Of a DNA stretch of 64,000 nt, positions 53,071 to 64,000 are shown piece by piece. The stretch covers positions 8,432,001 to 8,496,000 of the forward strand of contig CM022674.1 in the NCBI GenBank assembly GCA_012295275.1, written 5' to 3'. The stretch comes from Chrysomallon squamiferum (Eukaryota; Animalia; Mollusca). The position numbers were made by a program, and so were the translations under genes. Every line of letters begins with the position of its first letter. The stretch's first letter is position 1. The notes below the pieces were generated by a model, which worked only from the letters and a program-made list of their open reading frames with translations, made no database searches and was not told the DNA's origin.

Positions 53071-53998
53071 AAAAAAAAAAAAAAACACCTGCTACAATTA
53101 TTGCTAAGATGAAATTTATGTCTTGCTATGCTTACAAATTTGATATACAGGTATCAAAACAAGAGAGCTCGATTCTTGAAAAAGTCAATATTTCTTTTTC
53201 TTTTTATTTTCTTTTTTGTCAGTTCATTTATATTTACGATTTGTATTTATTTATTTATTGTTTGTGTGTTTGTCTGTTTTTGCGATGTCTGTGTACATAT
53301 ATGTAATAATATTTTAAGGAATTGTGTGTGCTTGCGTATGTGTGTGTGTGTAAATATGTGACAAACATGCAGAGAGAGAGAGAGATATTTACATTTTATA
53401 TTATATACCTATTATTTTATTAAGTATTTTGCTTATAATTTAAGATTTATAATAATAATAATAATAATAATAATACGTTTAAAAGCTATATTTATTTATT
53501 TATGAAATATAATAGGCGCGGATACGACAGCCGACTATAATTTCTTCGATGGATAGACTGATTTTCTGTTTTAAAGAAACTGTTAGCGAAACGACATGTT
53601 GTGTATTGGTATAGGTTCATAACGTAAACAAAGCTGTTGACAAGGTATATTATAGATATTTGTTGATAATTATGTGAGATCAATATGTTTATATCGTTTT
53701 CAGATTTCTTAATTTCGTCTTTTTGTTTTTACTCTAATAATCGTTTCAGACCGTGTATAAAATTCTGCAGTTCTCTTATCGCGTTTTTAATTACTTCCTT
53801 TTTAATAAAAGGTAACACAGAAATCTACCAAATATGGACAGCAGAATTAATTTTAATAGATTTTATTGGACTTCTTGAAGAAAATTACGAAATATAAACT
53901 TTCTTTAATGTTTTTCTTTTTGACTCCAAAATTTTGTAAATGTGTTTTATATATATTTATTTTTTTAATTATTTTTTTTTTTGCAGATAAGCTTTAAA

Positions 53999-54099
53999 AT
54001 GTGGTTATATTTTTGGGGTCACACTGTGTACCATCTTATTCGCTGGTTTCCCAGAAACAACAGAACCAAAATGTAAGTAATTACTTTATTAGTGGAACA

Positions 54100-54139
<40 letters not shown>

Positions 54140-56020
54140 TGGGTTTTCACTGTGTGTGTGTGTGTTTGTGACAAAACATTATAAATATTTTAAAAATTAA
54201 ATAAATAAACTTGTATATGTGATAATGTTCTTTCAGACTTTTTGTAGTGATGTTGTTAACAGCAGCTCTTGTTGTACCCCAGTTCATCGTACTTCTGCTT
54301 GATCACTCCAGTAGGTGGTGCAAATATCCACTGTTAGAGTTCCTCATTGCCTCTCTCGTCTTCACTTTCTTTCTTATTGGTGAGTTTTTATAAACTGCTT
54401 AATTTCATTTAATTAAATTATGAAGTGTTTTGCAAATTTAATCATCAGAAATATCAGTATTAGGATTATATGAACTAAGTTAATTTGAATGCACATAAAA
54501 TATAATTAGTCACACATTCAACATTTAAATCAAAGTAAAATAACATATCAACACACTTGTAACAGTTGACTATAATTAGTACATCAAATTAGACTGACAC
54601 TATAAGCATTGTTTATATTCATGCTTAATTTGAATTATGTCCCATCATGAATGCATGGAAATGTTTAGCTTCCAGTTAACAAGTCATTTTATATATAGGC
54701 CTATAGGATGATTTAATTATGTTGTGAAGAAGGAAATTTTAATGAAGACATTTCTATCCTCATGCTGTATAATTATTGTTACATTCATTTGACAGGAAAT
54801 CTATTGCTACATCATGGGCTACTCTTTTTATATCATTAACAGCAAGGGAAAAACTCTTAAACTTCATTCTGGCAAACCTGTGCTAAAAAAAAGAGATGTA
54901 TCTCTGGACAAGTCATATATATAAAAAAAAAAATTTCTACTGTTTTAACCAAGGTTAAGAAATAAAATACCTTGTAAATTTTAAATTAGAAATATATATG
55001 TAATTTTTTTTCACGATTAGCTTTCACAAAAATGATTAATTTCCAAATTATTTTGTTTTGTTTTCAGGTTTCTCATTTCTCTTTATGGTGATGGTACCTG
55101 TACCGAATGCAGTGAAAATTGTTTTTCACATCTTTGGAGCAATCTGTTTTGTCATCAGTTTAGTTCACATTATTCTGGTATCGAAGGCTAATGAATGTGT
55201 AAGTAAAGACAAAATATCTACTTTAATCTTCGAAATAGATTCTAATAAATGTTTTATTATTTATTTATTACTTTTTTAAAATTATTTAATTAGACGTTTT
55301 AATAAAGTTGACGTTTCAGTTTTAAAATATTTTTTAAGAAACTATAAGATGTTTTTTTCAGAATTTCAGAATTTAACTGCTGGTATTTTTAATTTTCATT
55401 TTTTGTACAGAGTTCCACAACAGAAGCTCTTTATTACCTTTCTCTTGGCTTGGCCATCTTGTCTGGATTTTCAATAGGTAAATAGATTATATAATTTAGC
55501 CTTTGGTTCTTCATTTCTTGTATTTTTAACCAGTTCCAAATTATCCATTTTTAAATTTCATGTTATTTTTCTTTTGTTCCTTATTAATGTTTATAATAAA
55601 AAATTTCAAAGACAAACACTATAATGTTATGAGACAGAATCATCCAAAGTTCCCAATCTAAGTAGTAATTAGCTCTTTGCATTTATGTATCTAGATAATG
55701 AAGTTTACTCTTCATCAGAGATATGCATAGCCAAAACAAACAACTAAAGAGCATTAACTCTTAAATATTTGAATTTTTATATCTACAGTAATCACCAGTT
55801 TGATGTATTTAAATTTTTTGATTGACACCTAGTAGTCAACATGTTTTTTGTGCTGAACTATCATTAAATATTCATTCTTTTACCTGCAGGATTTTTTGCA
55901 CTAGTCTTGCCATTTTGGATAATCAACAGATTTTGGAAAAACTCTGTTCTGGACCTGCAACATAGAGCTGGAATGTGCTATGAACCAGTAACTTGCTGTT
56001 CCTGCATTTGGCACATCTAA
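53999..56020 (+). CDS. Uncharacterised four-pass membrane protein, 181 aa
   Basis: Exons 53999-54072, 54237-54379, 55068-55198, 55411-55477 and 55890-56020 have canonical GT-AG sites and compatible phases. They give a stop-free 546-nt ORF, MWLYFWGHTVYHLIRWFPRNNRTKILFVVMLL...CYEPVTCCSCIWHI, with four hydrophobic segments. Confidence 0.85.
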
Positions 56021-58298
56021 TGCTAAGCATTTGTAACATTTTTTTTTATTACAAATACAATCCTTTTAATGTTTACTGGATAATTTGTATTGCTATACTT
56101 CATGTAGGTGTTGTCTGAAGGAAAAAGTACAAATGTTATTTTTGACTAACAAATTATAACTGGGTTGACTATCTGCATTCTGAATATCAAATCAACTATT
56201 CAGCAAAATTCAGTTAATAACATCATTTACCCATTTGCTGTATTTAATGCCGAGCTTGTAAAATAAGGTTCTTTTTAACCAGATTAATATTATGACTGTG
56301 GTTACTTAGCAATAGGAATAATTAAAAGATTTTACAAACCGTTTAATGTTTATCAGATTATTTGTATTGACAAACTTGATGCAATTTCTAACAAAAGATT
56401 TGGACTATTGTGTTTTGAATATCATGTAACTGATTCAGCAAACTTCAGTTGTTAACAATGAAGGAAAATGTACTGTCTAGATTACAAATTGTATTCAAAT
56501 TTCAAGAATAATATTAATTATGATAATGAAATAAATTTATTTATGCCTTAAAACAATACAAAAAATCAGTCTTTTGCATAGCTCTTCTATTGTGAAAAGA
56601 TCTGTAATTTAAATAAATAAATAAATTTAATAAATAAAATTTAATAGTATTTATCATTTATAATGCTTTGGAATTTATTAGATAGTATCAAAAACTATAT
56701 CAGTCACAGAAAGAATTTTTATAAAAAAAAATTTTATCACTCGAAATTCAAATTCTAAGTTTATAAAACTAAATTGAAATTAAATTGCAGAGATAATATA
56801 ATGAATACATTTTCTAGCAATATCAGCAAAATTATTTTTGTAGTTATTACATTCTATTTCTGTACATAGTTGTTTTCAGTGTATGATTTGTTGTACAATA
56901 TACATACATTTTTTAACTCTTAAATTCGTGATTGGTTTTACTGGCATTTATTTTGCATTTTTATTCATATTTATGCTCAACTTTCTAACATCTGTTATCT
57001 TATTTTTTGTGTCTACAACTGTTGTAAATAGATTATGTTCTATTTTTTATCAGCCAGCTGGACTGGAAACAAATTAAAATGTGAATGATAAATATGTTTC
57101 GTTGTATATAACCAGACATTTTTTTTTTCTTTGTTAAGAGCTTCTAGTTATGCTTTATGAAATAAACGTCTCATAAAAACTGTTCTTTAGAATCAGAATT
57201 TAAGACAGACTTGGTGCAAATTCAAAACTTTACAATTAAAAATTATTTCACCAAGCCATGTGGGACAATAATGATTATAAATATTGTTACAGGTGTAGGT
57301 ACTTATTAATTAAAAGAGAACATTTAATTTTGGTGGAATGGTTTGTATTGTGATAGTGAATGTAACTACCAGAAAGTAATTAAATAATACACAAGGAAGC
57401 ATATTATATGGTTTTTAATGCTTAATTTAAGATGCCAAATATTTTTCAGACTGCTATCCCCTATGAAATAACAACCCAATCATTTTTTCAATAAACCTGG
57501 TTTTAAACTTTCTATTCTGCTAAGAAATGACAATTTACAATTAAAATTTGACACTAGTTCTTTTAATAAGTTATTCTTTGGCAATAACATAATTAACAAA
57601 AACTGAACCACATTTTAAATAAATCTGAACTTCAATTTTTATTAAATTTCTTTTTAACTAAATTTTACATCCATGCAAAGCAGTTTCAAAAAAAAGACAA
57701 CCAAACAAAACAAAGAAATGTATATAGTTTACAAAAATATTTTTAAATAAAATTTTCAACAATAAATAAACTGTTTCAAGCTTAGAATATGTAAGTCAAA
57801 TGTGTCATCAGCATTTTTGCTATTTATCCCTGTCCCAAATCTGATTAACCACCATGTCTAGCATAGGTGAAAAACATTTAACAAACAACTTTCTGGTCTT
57901 GCCAAATTTATTGATGCACATGCTGTTAGAACCTGTTCACATTAAGCTTTTGGCAGATAAACGAGGATGGAAACGGCATAAAAAATCAAAGTTCTCTACA
58001 GTAAAATTGATGGACAAACAGGAGGATGAAACACCAAATCACTACACAAAAATACCACGTCAACAAAAGTAAAGTAATCGTCTGTACAAAAAGTATAAAA
58101 AGTTATTCTTTAATATTTTAGATGGTAGTAGCACCCCTCCCCAAAACATGTTTCTTCTTAATATTGCATAGTTGAGTTGGCATTCCATCCACCATTACAT
58201 ATGCACATGTCAACTGTTAATAAATGTCATGTGCAAACATTCACCACTAGTAAAGGTTGATTATTTCTACATTTCAACAAGATGTTGGTCACTTCAAA

Positions 58299-59353
58299 TT
58301 AGTTCTGCTCAGTTGAAGAACTTGCTTGAGTATCAGCATTTTCTGATGACTTAGTCTTCTCAGATTTTGCTCCATCATCACCACCATCAGTATTTTCATG
58401 CTGATCTGAATCAGGATTATTCTGAAAATAAATGAGATATGGTGAATAGAGATTCTTTTTCTACTGATTGTTAAAAAAAAAAAAAAAAATTATCACAGTA
58501 AGCAGTAAATTTTTAAGACAACTGTTAGAAACTAACTTCTGCTATGGTAGGATAGTTACTTACAGGATCTCTCTTTCTGTTAGCGGGTCTCCGGCGACGT
58601 CGAGGTGGACCTCTTGGTCCTGGACCACCCTGATATCCACCTTGATAACCTTGTGGACCTTGATCATAATAACGACGTGGTGGTTGATAGAAGCGTCGGT
58701 AGAAAGGTCGGCGACGTCTAGGGGGTAAACCAGTTTCTTCTAGTTCGTGGTCACCTTCCCCTTCTCCACTGCTCACATACTGGTTACGTGGTGGGCCTCT
58801 TGCAAATGGGGGTCGGAAATACCCCCTTCGACGTGGGTAGAATGGTCGACGTCTTTGTGGAGCCTGAGGAGATTCGTCTTCACCGTCTTCACCTCCATCG
58901 TCGTCTCCTCCTTGATAGTACTGCTTCAACAAATCAAATATGAAAAATTGAAAATTAAATGGAAATAACATGCTCAATTTATTAACAGCTGATTAAGTTC
59001 TTGAATACCGTTAGGAGACAGTATTCAGAATTTGTTAAAACAGAACTGCATAATAAAAAAAATAATAGTAACTACGCACAGAATGTTATGTATGCTATTT
59101 TTTTTCTATTAAAACATTCTCCTATTACAAAATAAACATTTTAAAACTTACAGGTCTGTAACCTCCACGACCACCCCATCTACCTCGTCCTCGACCGCGC
59201 GAAAACCAGTTACTCCTGAATCTGCGTCGGTCAGCAGCATACTTGCTGCCCTGTACAAAAGTACCACCAGGTCCAGTCACACTGGCTGCTTCATTTCCCT
59301 AAAATATACAAATTTATAATTAAACCTGAAATTTATGAAATTACCATTTCATA

Positions 59354-59390
<37 letters not shown>

Positions 59391-60222
59391 GCTAATTCAA
59401 AACACTTGAAACAGCAATAAAACTAACCTTTTCTCCTTCCACTACATCAAATTCGACTTTTTCCCCATCACCGACACTTCTTAAATACTTTCTTGGGTTG
59501 TTTTTAACGATGGCTGTCTGATGGATAAATACATCTTCTTTGGTGTCATCCCTGTAAATCCAAGTATTAGATAATTCATTTAGGACCACTGGTAATCATA
59601 CTACATTATTAGTGATTTTTAACTGTTTTGGACTTATTCCATTGGATATTTTTTCACTTCAAAATGACAAGATCAACCTGAAATTACCGATTACTTCGAT
59701 GACCCAGATCATACATTCAAAATGCACGTGTCTTTACATGTCTAATCGACATTTTTTCTTTTCATATTATTTTTCTTTTCAAATACACATAAAACAAAAT
59801 TGATGACTTCTTTCAATCAAAAGTGATAAAAATGAACACATATAACCAACGTAACGACTATTCACAACAAAAAAAAAAAAGAAGAAAAAAAGTCACAAAA
59901 GAAAAATCTAATCTTTTAATGTATAATTTTAAACATTCGCACCTATTTATAAAGCCATATCCGCTTTTTACGTTGAACCATTTTACCGTGCCGGTGACCC
60001 TTGTTGCTGCAATAAAATAGAAATAATTTTTTGTTAAAGTATTTAAAATGTATTCAGAATTACATGAACAAATCGATGAACACGAGGTGAACGAACGCCG
60101 GTTGCAACCACGAGGTTTGAATTAACAAATTCAAATGTTATTAAATATGTGCTTTTTCTACCTAAAATTTTCTTCTCAACCACCTCCGCTTTTTCCTCCG
60201 GTTGTTTCTCGGAGTCGGACAT
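58299..60222 (-). CDS. YBX1: Y-box binding (cold-shock domain) protein, ~292 aa
   Basis: Exons 60222-60162, 60006-59943, 59551-59428, 59298-59152, 58923(or 58920)-58564 and 58421-58299. Cold-shock domain [68 protein letters not shown], followed by RGG and alternating acidic/basic-aromatic islands. Confidence 0.97.
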
Positions 60223-60294
60223 GGCTTTGATGGTAATAGCCTGGTGTTATAGCTGTCCTCACACTGGACTCTCGTTGTTTCCCTTTGTTCCGTT

Positions 60295-60420
60295 CTCTCA
60301 AGATGGCCTCCTCATTCCTCTAGTCTCGTGTCGACCTCGCGCGCTTATTGGATGTACGAATTCTGACGCATTTCGTTTAATCGTTCGATTGGTTGTGATA
60401 AACGGTGCGTTATGTGACTA
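60295..60420 (-). promoter_or_regulatory. Y-box gene core promoter
   Basis: CpG-rich patch with two CCAAT boxes on the minus strand (ATTGG at ~60347 and ~60388) and a YY1-like GGCCATCTTG at ~60299-60308. Confidence 0.55.
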
Positions 60421-60562
60421 AGAACCTACAATGTACCTTTCATTGAATGTGAATATCTATTTAGCAAAACTGAATAAGGATTACTACATATTTTTTTAAT
60501 AAAATCAGTTTAAATAAAATAAATAAATCAGTAACAAAAAAAAAAAAATCAACATGTGTATT

Positions 60563-60599
<37 letters not shown>

Positions 60600-61497
60600 T
60601 GTTATTATTGTTATTATTGTTATTATTATTATAATAAATAAATAAATAAAATGATATATTTGCAACATTTTTTGCAAGCATAATACTGAAATAGCTATTT
60701 TTAGCTACTTAAGACATTGTGTATATTTTTCATTTGTTTATTATTTTCCGCTATTTCTTCTTACTAAAACCCATACCATCATCAAAGGTATTATACCATT
60801 ATCATTTCTAAATAGTCTTAACTCTTAAATATACCTGAACATTATGTAACATACTCTTGTAAGTACTTCATTACAATGTTTAAGAATATTAATAATACAG
60901 AAGACTTGTCGCATGAACGTAAACATAATATAATGACATTTTCTTTGAATAAGTCAAAAGATAATCTGAAACGATAAATAAGTAAGTAAATAAACGTTAT
61001 AACTAATTTAAATATCGTTCCTTCAGGGAAAATTAACATTAAAAGGTATGTCATCATTTAAACAAAAATACATTTGTATATTTGAATTAACTGATATGTA
61101 AACAAATTCTATATTCTGAAAATAAATAAAAACAAGTGTGTTTTTCTCTCTAAACTTATAAGCCTAACTATATTGGGTAATAAAATTTCTTTGTGTGTGT
61201 ATGTTATATATATATTATTATTATTTTTTTTTTTTTTTTGCTAATCGATATAGTGAATAAAAATGTAATGTGAAAGGCATAAAATATTTTAAAAGTGAAA
61301 AAACATAACTTTTTTATATTCATTTTAGTATGCATGGTATCTTCTTATTAAAGACATAATAGTTAAAATAAAAGTGTTTCAATTTTGAGCTCGGCCGGAG
61401 TTTATAAGAAGCTGTCAGCTACAAAAGAGATTACATCTACAAGGGAAATTACAACATCAATGAAAACATACTTTCACAATTGTCTTACCCCTCTAAG

Positions 61498-61569
61498 ACC
61501 AATTGCTGCGAATTGTGTTGCGCATGCTCGGTTTTATCTTTTCAGACGAGGTGTTGGAAAAACGTACAC
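61498..61569 (+). promoter_or_regulatory. eIF5A promoter and short non-coding first exon
   Basis: CCAAT (~61499), NRF1-like TGCGCATGCTC (61519-61529), TCT/TOP-type pyrimidine initiator TCTTTTC (~61537) and donor AC|GTGAGT at 61569/70. Acceptor at 62268 precedes the ATG. Confidence 0.6.
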
Positions 61570-62287
61570 GTGAGTATAGCTATGGGTAAAAAATAAGATT
61601 AGTGCTGGTAATTTGTCAATCGAAGACTTATATTGTATGTTCGCTGTAATTTCATTATAACTACAAAGCAATGTTTTATGTCATTTAGTTATACTTACTT
61701 TAGAATTATTGTAAAAGTTACAGATGTAGCACCTCATGGTGGCAGTCGCCATCTTTCAAGATGGAAGGTGTTGATAGTTAAACATTTAAAAGTTAACGAG
61801 GCATATTTTTTCTTTCAGCATCAGCTGTCAGAATTAAAAATGTACAACTGAATGTTTGAAATTGATTAGTCATTTTATAAAATCTGACTTCTTAAATGTT
61901 TGTTTTAATCAGTTAATGTAAATAGCTTGGATTACAACACTAGTCAATACTAGTAGTTAGAATTTGATAGAATACAAAAAAAAAAAAAAAAAAAAAAAAG
62001 TATGCAATGCAATATTTAAAAAAAAATAAAAAAAATTCTATTTTAAAGTAGGAATGTTCATTTTTAGAAATACAAATTCATTTCACTTGTCCTCATAAAT
62101 TTGTTCTGAAACTGTTAAAAATGGCTTATAATATTACTGTTTAACACTGTTGATTGTTTAGCCTGAAATTAACATAGATAGTTAATGCTGTATTTTTAAT
62201 TATCAGCCTGAACAATATTGAAAGGCAGGGTATAATGTAAAAATGCAGATCCATTGTTTACTTTTCAGAATACAGCACCCACTTAGG

Positions 62288-63414
62288 ATGTCTGACCATG
62301 ATGAAGAGTTTGAGAATGCCATTTCTGGTGAATCTCTAACATACCCTCTACAGTGCTCTGCCCTTCGGAAAAACGGACATGTTATGATTAAAGGAAACCC
62401 CTGCAAAATTGTTGAAATGACTACCTCTAAAACAGGAAAACATGGTCATGCTAAGGTATTTTTAGTCTTTTCTAGAAATGAGAAATGAAATTAGTTCTTT
62501 GGCCCATAAAATCTAACATTTCATGTGACTAGTCACAAAGTATCTGAGTAATGCATGTTTAATAAATTACATCAAGTAAGCTACCAAATTTATTTAAAAA
62601 GTATAGTATTTGTATTGTACAGAATATCTGGTTGCATAAATATATATTGATCAAGCTAAGTTGATAAATTTAAAATATTTATTTTATTAGGTTCATCTTG
62701 TTGGAATTAACATTTTCAATGACAAAAAATATGAAGATATGTGCCCCTCCACTCACAATATGGATGTTCCGGTTATTAAACGTCAAGAATATCAGGTAAG
62801 CCGTCCACATACAGTTGTTCTGTTCTTTCATATATAAAATGTGTTGGCTTTATACAGAGTTATGAATGCATAATACCATATTTGGCATGTGTCAAACAAA
62901 CCAGTTTGGAAATACTTCAACAATAAAGAAACCTGTTAATCACATTATATATTTTTATTTTTGTAGAGGTCCAATTTTAAAAATATTTTTTATTTTTGAT
63001 TCATATGATTTTTTATTTCAGCTAAACAACATTGAGGATGGCTTCTGCACTCTTATGGATGAATATGGTAAAGAACGTGAAGATTTAAAACTACCAGAAA
63101 ATGAAGTAGGAGAAGAAATTAAAAAACGTTTTGAAGCTGGAAATGAAACTCTTCTGGTGAGAAAATTAATTTTCTAAATTTTATCACTTTCTTTCCATGT
63201 AGTGTTAATAATTCATAATAATTAAAAAACTACTGATAATTTATAATAAGAATAAAAACCAGTGATAATTCTTCTCCCATTAAATGACACACTAGCCCTC
63301 AATGTAGAATAAACAAATGTAGGTTTACTAAATCACTTTCAATTTCAGGTGACTGTTTTAAAGGCTGTTGACAAGGAGCAAATAATTAGTGTTAAAAAGG
63401 CTTCTACTGACTGA
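62288..63414 (+). CDS. EIF5A: Eukaryotic translation initiation/elongation factor 5A, 157 aa
   Basis: Exons 62288-62455, 62691-62795, 63022-63156 and 63349-63414. Hypusine motif [11 protein letters not shown], plus [10 protein letters not shown] and REDLKLP. Confidence 0.98.
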
Positions 63415-64000
63415 TAAAAAACAAATGCAGTCGTGGGATTTTTATGTAATGCCTTCAACATACCTAAGAAATTCCATGGCCAAGCCTTCAGATCATGGAC
63501 TGACTTCTTAAAGATGGTGCCAGGGTTGATAATTTTTAAGAACATTTTCCTCTTTTTTCTTCATATTTTTTTTTTCTCTTCTCCATAAAAGGACAATTAA
63601 ATGGTGATACTTAAATATATATTTTTTTTATATTATATTAAATAAAATGTAATAGCTACCATGTTTTGCAGGCATTCATGCTAATTGCAGTGCTTGTTTC
63701 TGATATGTTTCAAACTTGTCTCATGATACAGCAACCACTGACCCTTGCCATAGGACATTATTGCTTTACTTACATGGTAATAAGGAAAACATTTTAATTT
63801 TAAACCAACTACATCCGACACCATACTTTTTAAAAGTTTAGGAATTAATCTCACAAAAATAATAAATTTTGCTTGCATTTGATAAAATTAATAATAAAAT
63901 TAAGCAGGCTTATTTATATTAATTGAATTTATACTTTTCAAAAATAATTGTGTATATATTTAAGAATTTAAAGTTTATGCATACGGAAATACAATTTAAA

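Overview
This is AT-rich, intron-containing animal genomic DNA with many microsatellites. The gene content and composition suggest an invertebrate, possibly a mollusc (inference only). I assembled spliced gene models by hand using GT-AG boundaries and exon phase. From left to right: the 5' part of a phospholipid scramblase (-, runs off the window start); a ~14 kb tandem array of GT11 alpha-1,2-fucosyltransferase genes (one intact, two frameshifted, one 5'-truncated); a 12-exon alanine-glyoxylate aminotransferase (+); a CLIC gene with an intronless CDS (+); a CHST8-14/HNK-1ST-type sulfotransferase (-); a 181-aa four-TM protein the ORF track almost entirely misses (+); and a divergent Y-box protein (-) / eIF5A (+) pair. 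The fucosyltransferase array is interleaved with a TTAA-flanked MITE family and a decayed Gmr1-like Gypsy retrotransposon. It is the most unusual region: its duplication and truncation breakpoints coincide with the MITE ends, the copies differ in the length of one coding A-tract (5/6/7), and one C-terminal codon takes three different residues. I found no tRNA, rRNA or CRISPR array.
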